Source: a virus. Taken from it: 42,920 nt of DNA. The number at the start of each line of letters is the position of its first letter. The first letter of the stretch is position 1. The notes under the pieces are model-generated. The model made no database searches, was not told the origin of the DNA, and saw only the letters and a list, made by a program, of their open reading frames with translations. Of this stretch, positions 19,512-26,845 are shown piece after piece. The translations under genes and the position numbers were made by a program. The stretch spans positions 1-42,920 of the IMG/VR virus record IMGVR_UViG_3300045988_025922. One strand, given 5' to 3'.

Positions 19512-19880
19512 ATGGCAAAGTATATTTTGAGCAAACAGGCAAAAGGCAAAAAGTATTTATACACAGTTACCGACGAAAACGGCAACGTAGTTTCAACAAG
19601 AACGTCCGCCCGTGATTATGTGGCGTGTACCGCCGACGGTTCGTTTTATTTCGGTCGGTTGGATTTAATCGGCAAAGGCGACCACGGCAAACGGTTAAGC
19701 CACATAGCGGAAATATTGGCGAACCCGGAAAAGGCATATAAAAAGAGTGCGGCGTATTTTACCCCGGATTATCGGAGTAAATGGATTGCCGAGAACCCCG
19801 CCGAACAATGGGTTGCCCGGAACGTTGAGGGCGCAACAAAGGAAAAAGAGAGGTTAAACGCAATTGCATATTTGCAGTAA
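19512..19880 (+). CDS. hypothetical protein
   Basis: 122-aa ORF bounded by hairpins on both sides. Confidence 0.6.
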   Translation: MAKYILSKQAKGKKYLYTVTDENGNVVSTRTSARDYVACTADGSFYFGRLDLIGKGDHGKRLSHIAEILANPEKAYKKSAAYFTPDYRSKWIAENPAEQWVARNVEGATKEKERLNAIAYLQ

Positions 19881-19887
19881 TAACCAA

Positions 19888-19905
19888 GCCGGGGGAAACC
19901 CCGGC
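19888..19905 (+). terminator. GC hairpin with a GAAA tetraloop (part of a repeated intergenic cassette)
   Basis: gccgggg gaaa ccccggc, preceded by cagtaataaccaa and followed by ataaacatttagagcgATG. A near-identical cassette lies at 26795-26848. Confidence 0.6.
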
Positions 19906-19921
19906 ATAAACATTTAGAGCG

Positions 19922-20137
19922 ATGAACAAAATAAAACGGTATCGTATCAACCGGGAAAAATACGATATAATCCAAAACGCAAACGGCGGGTTGTTCCTGT
20001 TATATACCCGCCATAACCCCGGCGACGTTTTGAACCTATTATTGGACGGCAACGATATTGGGTTGACGTGTCGGATTGAAAAATTGTTTGACCGATTTTA
20101 TAGGTATTGCCGAATAATTACGGAGGGCGAAAAATGA
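19922..20137 (+). CDS. hypothetical protein
   Basis: 71-aa ORF. The start has the AGAGCGATG context. ATGA overlap with the HNH gene. Confidence 0.55.
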   Translation: MNKIKRYRINREKYDIIQNANGGLFLLYTRHNPGDVLNLLLDGNDIGLTCRIEKLFDRFYRYCRIITEGEK

Positions 20138-20586
20138 ATATACCAAAGTTTAAGGAATGGTTGGTTGCCCGTGGATGCGAGATATTACCAACAACGAACG
20201 ATTACGAGGCGTTGAGGTTCAAAGGCTCACAAATCGGCGTCGTCTATACGTCCGGGCGTGTCAATAGTCCATATACAGGGCGGGCGATTACTTGTTTTAA
20301 GACGGGGAAAGGTTGGGACGGCGCACCCGCAAGAACCGGACGTTATCCGGGATACAAGAAACAAAAGATTGAGTTGTTGAAACGGGACGGTACACGTTGT
20401 TTTTATTGTGGTAAAGAATTGGGCGACGATATAACCGTTGAACATTTAATTGCGTTGAGTTGTGGCGGGAAAAACGAGTTGTCGAATATGGTATTAGCGC
20501 ACCAACATTGCAACCAAGCCGTCGGAAATATGCCAATCGTTGAGAAAGTGAAATTTGCAATAAAAAAGAGAACCCCCGGAACGTAA
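20134..20586 (+). CDS. HNH endonuclease
   Basis: CFYCGKEL...ITVEHLIALSCGGKNELSNMVLAHQHCNQAVGN (HNH/His-Me finger). The start is chosen at ATG 20134 (MNIPKFKEW). Confidence 0.8.
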   Translation: MNIPKFKEWLVARGCEILPTTNDYEALRFKGSQIGVVYTSGRVNSPYTGRAITCFKTGKGWDGAPARTGRYPGYKKQKIELLKRDGTRCFYCGKELGDDITVEHLIALSCGGKNELSNMVLAHQHCNQAVGNMPIVEKVKFAIKKRTPGT

Positions 20587-20602
20587 CAGATACGCCGGGG
20601 GT
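20572..20602 (+). terminator. hairpin at the end of the late unit
   Basis: acccccgg / 15-nt loop / ccgggggt, spanning the HNH stop codon. Confidence 0.5.
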
Positions 20603-20716
20603 TCGGTACGCAGTAACCGAGAGCGATGTAATGGTAATGCGGTACGACAAAAGTACGCAATTATTCCGATTTGTAAGCGTTCCGGGACAATAAAAGACAA
20701 AAACAAAAGGTTTATT

Positions 20717-20747
20717 TTTGGTAGTTAAAAATATATTTGTATTTTTG
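20717..20747 (+). promoter_or_regulatory. Bacteroidota-type promoter (early)
   Basis: TTTG at 20717-20720, a 19-nt spacer, then TAttTTTG at 20740-20747. A second TAtaTTTG lies at 20732-20739. It sits in a 199-nt gap upstream of the Zn-ribbon and HTH genes. Confidence 0.7.
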
Positions 20748-20785
20748 CAGAAACAAAACCCACCGGGGGGATACCCGGCAACGAT

Positions 20786-21214
20786 ATGAGAATAAAAGAG
20801 AGCGAACATTTAAAGTATTTGGCGACCCAATCCGGGAAACAAGCCAACCAAGTATCCGAAACAATCGTTACGGAGTTAATCAACCGAAAAATCATTGCCG
20901 ACATATCGGATAATTGGGGTTGCCCTTTGTCCGATTGTTACGAACGGGACGTTACCATTGCCGAGTTTGCCGGGGTTATCCGGTCAATCGGTATTTCGGT
21001 TGTTCGTTACGAGCATTTGGACGCATTGTTGGAGTGTGTATTGATTGGTTCCGGGGATTGCCCGGAATGCGGCGGCGAAATGGAAGTTACGGACGGCGAA
21101 TATAAACGCACCGGAGGCGACGGATATATTACGGAGCCGGAATATACCCCAATTTGGGAGCAAAAAACGTGTACGCATTGCGGACACACAGAGAGCGACG
21201 AACCGAGTTTTTAA
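20786..21214 (+). CDS. hypothetical protein with a C-terminal Zn-ribbon
   Basis: 142 aa with CPECGG...CTHCGH. First gene after the early promoter. Confidence 0.6.
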   Translation: MRIKESEHLKYLATQSGKQANQVSETIVTELINRKIIADISDNWGCPLSDCYERDVTIAEFAGVIRSIGISVVRYEHLDALLECVLIGSGDCPECGGEMEVTDGEYKRTGGDGYITEPEYTPIWEQKTCTHCGHTESDEPSF

Positions 21215-21231
21215 CATTAAAATTTGTAGAA

Positions 21232-21465
21232 ATGAAATTGAAAGTAAACGAAGCAATCGCCCGTTCGGAGGCAAACGGGAAAAAGGTATTGAAAAAAGAC
21301 ATTGCCGCCCGTCTTTTTCCGGGCGTGGCGGATAGTGCCCAACAGGTCAATATGACGAATTTATGTAACGGCACAACCAAACGGATTGTCCCGGAATGGG
21401 TCGTTATTATTTGCGAAATGTTGGATTGTTCGGCGGACTATTTATTTGGTTTGAAAGATGAATAA
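21232..21465 (+). CDS. XRE-family HTH transcriptional regulator (Cro-like)
   Basis: 77 aa starting at ATG 21232 (MKLKVNEAIA...). The C-terminal ...MLDCSADYLFGLKDE is typical of HTH_3 proteins. Confidence 0.65.
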   Translation: MKLKVNEAIARSEANGKKVLKKDIAARLFPGVADSAQQVNMTNLCNGTTKRIVPEWVVIICEMLDCSADYLFGLKDE

Positions 21466-21670
21466 ATTTGCCCGCATTATGGATGCAATCGGGGACAAAG
21501 TGTTTTCCGAGTTGTTCCAAGCCAAAGCAATGATTGTAATATTTGGAATATTAGGCGTTGCGGCTTTGATTGGCACATATTGGAACCCGTCGCAATTATT
21601 TGTTTCGGCAATGTGTGCAATTATGGTTTTATGTGGTTTGAGTGAATACCGTAAATTAAAAAGAAAATGA
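21458..21670 (+). CDS. small membrane protein
   Basis: 70 aa with two hydrophobic helices (AMIVIFGILGVAALIG; LFVSAMCAIMVLCGL). Confidence 0.55.
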   Translation: MNKFARIMDAIGDKVFSELFQAKAMIVIFGILGVAALIGTYWNPSQLFVSAMCAIMVLCGLSEYRKLKRK

Positions 21671-23001
21671 GAGTAAAGAGCGATGCACCGGGCGACCCGG
21701 TAAAACAAATGGTTGGAACAACGGGTAATATTCCCGCCGACCAATTCCCGGAGATAACCGAGGAACAACAACAGATAATCCCACCGTTTGCGGCAATGGA
21801 GCCGGAACAACAAACCGGAGCGTTTGAGATTGTGCCGGGCATGACGGTTGAGGAAATGACGGCAATGTTTTTCAACGTCGATGCGTTGATTGAACCGCCG
21901 TATAAGGTTTGGCAATTAAACAGTAAGGGACACCGGTATTATTACCGTTACGACGAAAAGGGAAACCCGGAGTTTTTCCCGTCGGTAACAACCATATTGT
22001 CCCAAACGTTGCCAAAATCGCCGTTTCTTATCCAATGGATTGCCAACAAAGGGATTGAGGAAGCCGAACGATACAAGGGCGAACGGGCGGCGTATGGTAC
22101 GTTTATGCACGCCGCATACGAGGAATTATTAATTAATCGGGCGTATGATTTTGACGGGTTGAAATCCAAGTTGAAAGAATACATTGAGGTAAACAGATTG
22201 CCCGCCGATTTTATCTATTATGCGGACGATTTGAAAAAGGACGTTTTGGCATTCGCTCAATTCGTTTTGGATTACGATGTACGCCCGTTGGCGGTTGAGA
22301 TTGCATTAGTACACCCGTGGCACAAATACGCCGGAATGATTGATTGCCCGTGTACCATGTTGGAGAAAATCGGAGGAACCGACCGTATAAACGCAATTGT
22401 CGATTTTAAAAGCGGGAAAAAAGGTTTTTACGAGGAATCGGAAATACAATTGCATTTATACCGGGATATGTGGAACGTCAATTTTGAGCAATACCCAATT
22501 ACACGGGTTTTCAACTTTGCCCCGAAAGATTGGCGCAAAAAACCGTCGTACAATCTAAAAGAACAAACCGATAGCGTGAACGCAAAGAAAATCCCGGCGT
22601 TACTTATGATTGCCGAGGTTGAGGACGGGAAACGGGATAACGTGTTTACGTCCATATCCGGGACAATCAATTTGGATGCCGCCCCGGATTTAACGCAAAA
22701 CGTTATTTCGCTGACGTTATCCGAGTTGGTAAAATCCAAAGCCCCGAAAGATAAAACGCCGAACGAACAAACAGCCGTAACCGCCGCCGATATAAAGGAA
22801 GTCCCGGAGCCGGAACCCGAAAAGGCGAAAACAAAGATTGTTAAAAGAACGCCCGCAACGGCGGCAAAAAAGCCCACCACGGGCAAAAAGACGGTCAAGC
22901 GGGGGAATACTGCCAAAAAGGAAACAAAGCCCGCAAACGAGCCGAAAAGGGGCAAAAATGAGAATAAGCAAAAGTTGTTGAACGATGAACCGGAAATTTA
23001 A
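21667..23001 (+). CDS. PD-(D/E)XK nuclease (RecB/Cas4-like recombination exonuclease) with a Lys-rich C-terminal tail
   Basis: GTFMH, AGMIDCP, IVDFKSGKKG and EIQLHLY motifs (D...D/ExK...QxxxY). The last 90 or so aa are K/P/T/A-rich. Confidence 0.65.
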   Translation: MRVKSDAPGDPVKQMVGTTGNIPADQFPEITEEQQQIIPPFAAMEPEQQTGAFEIVPGMTVEEMTAMFFNVDALIEPPYKVWQLNSKGHRYYYRYDEKGNPEFFPSVTTILSQTLPKSPFLIQWIANKGIEEAERYKGERAAYGTFMHAAYEELLINRAYDFDGLKSKLKEYIEVNRLPADFIYYADDLKKDVLAFAQFVLDYDVRPLAVEIALVHPWHKYAGMIDCPCTMLEKIGGTDRINAIVDFKSGKKGFYEESEIQLHLYRDMWNVNFEQYPITRVFNFAPKDWRKKPSYNLKEQTDSVNAKKIPALLMIAEVEDGKRDNVFTSISGTINLDAAPDLTQNVISLTLSELVKSKAPKDKTPNEQTAVTAADIKEVPEPEPEKAKTKIVKRTPATAAKKPTTGKKTVKRGNTAKKETKPANEPKRGKNENKQKLLNDEPEI

Positions 23002-23018
23002 GTAAAACAGATAGAGCG

Positions 23019-23744
23019 ATGAAAGGACGAATAAAGCAACCGGAGGCGCAAAAGCCCCGGTTAATATTGCCGAGGGTCGGCAAAATAAAAATCGGAATGA
23101 AAGGCGCAAACGGGTATCCGCAAAGCGTCGATTATTTTATACCAACCGGAAAATATGCCGGGTTATTTACACAGGCATACGGAGAAAAGCCGCAAACCGT
23201 ACAAATTGTTTTCCCGGACGACGACCCGGCGAAAGTTTGCAACGAGCAATACGAGTACCGGGACGATGCCGGGCGGCGCATTGCTTACGGCGACGGGGAA
23301 ACGTTCGACGTATGGGACGGGAAAAAATACGAAACGTTGAGCGTGTCGGATTATCCAAACCTTATGGCGGGCGTTGCTAAAAAATACCCCAATCGTAAAG
23401 TCCAAAAGGGCGGCGACGGTTGGGATATAACGTTGACGTTGAATTTTATTTGCCCGTTGGTTCGTGGCGTTGCCGGAATATGGACGTTTGAAACAAAGGG
23501 TACAGCGTCCACAATTCCCAATATCCGGGACACGTTCGACGGGATGTTGTCGGAACGTGGGTTTGTAAAGGGAGTAATATTTGATTTGAATGTACAATTT
23601 GCCACAACCCAAAAGCCGGGCGACAATTCCCGTTTTCCCGTTGTGTCGTTGGTTCCCAATGAAAGTGCAGATAATGTGTTAAAAGTTAAAAAGGCATGGG
23701 AGCCGATAAAACAATTGGAGGGCGGCGATAATGGCAACGAATAA
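23019..23744 (+). CDS. hypothetical protein; possible ssDNA-binding/annealing partner of the nuclease
   Basis: 241-aa ORF adjacent to the exonuclease, with an AGAGCGATG start context. The assignment rests on position only. Confidence 0.3.
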   Translation: MKGRIKQPEAQKPRLILPRVGKIKIGMKGANGYPQSVDYFIPTGKYAGLFTQAYGEKPQTVQIVFPDDDPAKVCNEQYEYRDDAGRRIAYGDGETFDVWDGKKYETLSVSDYPNLMAGVAKKYPNRKVQKGGDGWDITLTLNFICPLVRGVAGIWTFETKGTASTIPNIRDTFDGMLSERGFVKGVIFDLNVQFATTQKPGDNSRFPVVSLVPNESADNVLKVKKAWEPIKQLEGGDNGNE

Positions 23745-24588
23745 TAATACAATAACCCGACGCAAGTATGACCGGGATTTTACGATTGTATCGAATGATT
23801 TTTTAAAGGATTCCCGGTTGAGTTGGAAAGCAAAAGGAATAATTGCATACGTTGCAATGTTGCCGGATGATTGGGTTTTAAATATGCGGGATTTGACGAA
23901 CCGAGCAACGGACGGGCGGGATAGTCTGTATAGTGGGATTAAAGAGTTAGAAACGTGCGGATATTGTGCAAAGACAATGAAACGGAACCCGGACGGAACG
24001 ATTGCGGGTTATGCGTATGAGATTTGCGACAAACCCGTTTTCGACCAACCATTTACGGAAAATCCGGTTACGGATGCACCACAACCGGAAAACCCGGATA
24101 CGGTTAAACCCGATACGGATAAACCGGGTACGGAAAATCCGACACTAATAAATACTAATGATACAAAGGACGTAAATAAACCAAGTACGAAAGGTACAAA
24201 CCCCGCCAACGATGTTGTCGGCGGCTTATTCCCGGATAACGATATTGTGATTGTGGATAAAAAGAAAACAACGATATTTCGTAATTCCGGCGTTTACAAG
24301 TTGGTAAAGTTTGGGGCGGACGGCATAAACGATTATTCCGAATTTGAAAAACTCTTTGCTACACCGGAATTTGCACCCGTCGATTTGATTTATTATTTTC
24401 ATTCCGTAGCCGATTGGTCGGATACTAAAATTGGCGTCAAACGAAATTTCAACGGTTGGGTTGCAACCGTGCGTAATTTCATACGGGGGGACATTGAAAA
24501 AAAGAAAGTGCATTTGAAACCGGAAAACCAAGCCCCGCAAAACCGATTGGATATTGGCGGCGCAATGGATTTTCTTAATGATTATTGA
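23731..24588 (+). CDS. replication initiator / replisome organiser (N-terminal winged-helix)
   Basis: The N-terminus FTIVSNDFLKDSRLSWKAKGIIAYVAMLPDDWVLNMRDL...IKELETCGY resembles the phage replication-initiator winged-helix pattern. A central 15-bp tandem repeat forms the linker. Confidence 0.5.
   Translation: MATNNNTITRRKYDRDFTIVSNDFLKDSRLSWKAKGIIAYVAMLPDDWVLNMRDLTNRATDGRDSLYSGIKELETCGYCAKTMKRNPDGTIAGYAYEICDKPVFDQPFTENPVTDAPQPENPDTVKPDTDKPGTENPTLINTNDTKDVNKPSTKGTNPANDVVGGLFPDNDIVIVDKKKTTIFRNSGVYKLVKFGADGINDYSEFEKLFATPEFAPVDLIYYFHSVADWSDTKIGVKRNFNGWVATVRNFIRGDIEKKKVHLKPENQAPQNRLDIGGAMDFLNDY
24051..24140 (+). repeat. six tandem 15-bp units (core TACGGA/T) inside the initiator gene; candidate iterons
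   Basis: tacgga/tacggt cores at 24054, 24069, 24099, 24114 and 24129, spaced 15 or 30 bp. The units encode pentapeptide repeats (TENPV TDAPQ PENPD TVKPD TDKPG TENPT). Confidence 0.6.
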
Positions 24589-24592
24589 GCGT

Positions 24593-25546
24593 ATGGAAAC
24601 ATTATCCGAAAAATTGCCGGATAAGATACAGAGCGTTGCAATTGCGGTATATTATCCAAAGCCCGGAACAAAGGCAATAGACATTCGGCGGCAAATGGTC
24701 GAATTACCGGAGGTTGCCAAATCATTAACGCCAATTGAAAAGTACATATTTGCGGCGTCAACGAAAACCCAAATTTGCGAAATGGACGACGCCACGTTGG
24801 TTGCGAAAACCGGGCAAATGTTCAAGTTTATAGCAATGGACGTTGGGTTTAGGGTTCCAACCGACCGGGACGAATGGGCGTATATTTGTACCCGGTTATT
24901 GGATATACTAAAACGGTATTATTCGCAATTAACATTGGCGGATATAAAGTTGGCATTTGAGTTGGCGACGACCGGGGAATTGAACGAATATTTACCAAAA
25001 GACAGTCAAGGCAACCCGGATAAAAACCATTACCAACAATTCAACGCCGAGTATTTCGCAAAGATTCTGAACGCTTACAAGCGCAAACAGAACGGCGCAA
25101 TTTCCAAAGCATATACAGCGTTGCCCGAACCCAAACGGGAAATATCCCCGGAGAAAAAACGGGAATACCATAACGATACCGTCGAACGTTGCCGGAATGC
25201 TTTTTTGGAATATAAATACCGGGGTAAATATGACGCCGGAATGTTGGGCGATATGTTCGTTTACAATTGGTTGTATGCCGTTGGGTTGGCGGATGAAGTC
25301 AAACAAACCGAGGACGACCGCAAAACCGCCTTATCTCGTTATTTGCAACGAGCCGCCGCCGGGTGGTATAATCGTTTTGAAGTGGAAAGCGTCCGCCGTA
25401 AACAGACGGAAAGCCCCGAAATTGATTATACAGCGTTTGAGGTTGCCCGTCATAAAGAGATTAAAAAAGCATTTGACCGCATGATTGTGGATGAATTGCA
25501 AGTTGATAATTATTTGAATTATTGGAATGAACACAATAACGATTGA
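24593..25546 (+). CDS. hypothetical replication-module protein
   Basis: The start is chosen at ATG 24593 (METLSEK), after the upstream stop at 24586-24588. 317 aa. Confidence 0.5.
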   Translation: METLSEKLPDKIQSVAIAVYYPKPGTKAIDIRRQMVELPEVAKSLTPIEKYIFAASTKTQICEMDDATLVAKTGQMFKFIAMDVGFRVPTDRDEWAYICTRLLDILKRYYSQLTLADIKLAFELATTGELNEYLPKDSQGNPDKNHYQQFNAEYFAKILNAYKRKQNGAISKAYTALPEPKREISPEKKREYHNDTVERCRNAFLEYKYRGKYDAGMLGDMFVYNWLYAVGLADEVKQTEDDRKTALSRYLQRAAAGWYNRFEVESVRRKQTESPEIDYTAFEVARHKEIKKAFDRMIVDELQVDNYLNYWNEHNND

Positions 25547-26063
25547 TTGTATTATTGGCATTGACCCCGGAAAAACCGGGGGAATTGCCATTTATCGCCC
25601 TAACCATAAAACGGAGGTTATCAAAATGCCGGGCGACCTTAAAGATTTGAAACCGTGGTTGGAGTATATGCAAAGTATTTGCCGCCCCCTTGTTTTCGTG
25701 GAAAAGGTGCAATTGCGCCCGGACGACGTAAACGACAACCCCGGTAAAGCGTTCCGGGTGCAAAAACTGTTATCCGAGTTCGAGCGATTGAAAACCATTA
25801 TTGAAATGTGCGGCGTTCCATTTGTGTTGGTACACCCGCAAAAATGGCAAAACGCATTGAAATTGCGAGTTAAGGGAGAGGAAAAGCCCCAACGGAAAAA
25901 GAGATACCAACGAGCCGCCGCCGCATATTACCCGGACATAAAGGCAACGTTATGGAATGCCGACGCCCTTATGATTATGCACTTTGGGCGGTACATTTTG
26001 CAGACACAACCGAAATGGATATTGGAGAATTTACCAACAGCCATGCACGGAAAGTTATTTTAA
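25527..26063 (+). CDS. RuvC-like Holliday junction resolvase
   Basis: IIGIDPGKTGGIAIY (Asp 1), VFVEKV (Glu) and WNADALMIMHFG (C-terminal Asp). Confidence 0.7.
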   Translation: MNTITIDCIIGIDPGKTGGIAIYRPNHKTEVIKMPGDLKDLKPWLEYMQSICRPLVFVEKVQLRPDDVNDNPGKAFRVQKLLSEFERLKTIIEMCGVPFVLVHPQKWQNALKLRVKGEEKPQRKKRYQRAAAAYYPDIKATLWNADALMIMHFGRYILQTQPKWILENLPTAMHGKLF

Positions 26064-26090
26064 GCCCGTACAGACAATGAAACAATAAAA

Positions 26091-26316
26091 ATGGGTAAGA
26101 GTATGGCAGACGAACAAACAACCCTTAAAACGGAAAATTTGAAAGAAATAACTTTGCCGGATTTTGTCGAAATGGTAAAGCAGATGCGACACAACCAACG
26201 GCGATGCGAACGGGAACCCAACCCCGGAAAAAACAAATACCCGGATAGAATGGGAACGGAAAGTTGATGCCGTGGTTGCCGCCCTTACCGATACACAATT
26301 GGCATTATGGAAATGA
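26091..26316 (+). pseudogene. small gene interrupted at an A6 run (54-58 aa as written, about 75 aa if one A is skipped)
   Basis: ATG at 26091 or 26103 (AGAGTATG context) reads MADEQTTLKTENLKEITLPDFVEMVKQMRHNQRR... to TGA at 26267. The +1 frame is open from 26179 to TGA at 26316 and overlaps the next start by 10 nt. Confidence 0.5.
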
Positions 26317-26498
26317 ATGAATATATTTATTTAGGCGACCGATTGACCCGCCCGGAATTGCGACGTATGCCGTGCCGGGCGGTTCGTCGTTCTAACGGTA
26401 AGTGCATACGAGGACGTAACGGTAATATGTTGGTTGAGTTCGACGGCGTGGGTAAATGTGTTGTATTGGGGCGACTTTTGCGGAAAATTAAAAAATAA
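26307..26498 (+). CDS. hypothetical small basic protein
   Basis: 63-aa ORF, Arg/Lys- and Cys-rich. Confidence 0.5.
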   Translation: MEMNEYIYLGDRLTRPELRRMPCRAVRRSNGKCIRGRNGNMLVEFDGVGKCVVLGRLLRKIKK

Positions 26499-26501
26499 AA
26501 G

Positions 26502-26540
26502 AAAAAACTTTTGGAGATTAAAAGAATTACCGTATATTTG
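26502..26540 (+). promoter_or_regulatory. Bacteroidota-type promoter, copy 1 of an exact 39-bp duplicate
   Basis: aaaaaacTTTTGgagattaaaagaattaccgTAtaTTTG: TTTG at 26510-26513, a 19-nt spacer, then TAtaTTTG at 26533-26540. The same 39 bp occur at 31241-31279. Confidence 0.75.
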
Positions 26541-26596
26541 TGGCATGAAATAACAACGACCGGGCGTTTTCCCGGAACAAAAAAACAATTAGAGCG

Positions 26597-26800
26597 ATGA
26601 AAACAAAAGTATCAATTTCGGATTTTCGGTTTATGCCAAGCGGTTGCGGACATTATAAAGTAACCTACACGTCGCCCGTTACGGGCAAAAGTTGGACGGC
26701 GACAACAACTAATATGCCGTTAATCGACGCAACGAAAAACGCAGACGAACCGAAACGTTGCGATTTGGAAACCCTTAAAAGAGTTTGTAAAAATCAGTAA
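26597..26800 (+). CDS. hypothetical protein
   Basis: 67-aa ORF with an AGAGCGATG start context. Confidence 0.55.
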   Translation: MKTKVSISDFRFMPSGCGHYKVTYTSPVTGKSWTATTTNMPLIDATKNADEPKRCDLETLKRVCKNQ

Positions 26801-26807
26801 TAACCAA

Positions 26808-26829
26808 GCCGGGGGCGCAATCCCCCGGC
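26808..26829 (+). terminator. GC hairpin (cassette copy 2)
   Basis: gccggggg cgcaat cccccggc, with the same flanks as the 19888 hairpin. Confidence 0.55.
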
Positions 26830-26845
26830 ATAAACATTTAGAGCG

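Noticed and set aside
19339-19615. Track ORFs 19339..19530 and 19433..19615
   Set aside because: They run through the TAATAA stop and the UUCG hairpin, and they overlap better-supported genes in other frames.
20786-21465. Lysogeny module (repressor and integrase)
   Set aside because: Only a short Cro-like XRE protein is present. I recognised no integrase, recombinase, excisionase or divergent repressor promoter. The phage looks lytic, or uses a mechanism I cannot see.
21677-21685. AGAGCGATG inside the 5' end of the nuclease gene as an alternative start
   Set aside because: That ATG is out of frame with the long ORF and opens only a 6-codon reading frame (MHRATR stop).
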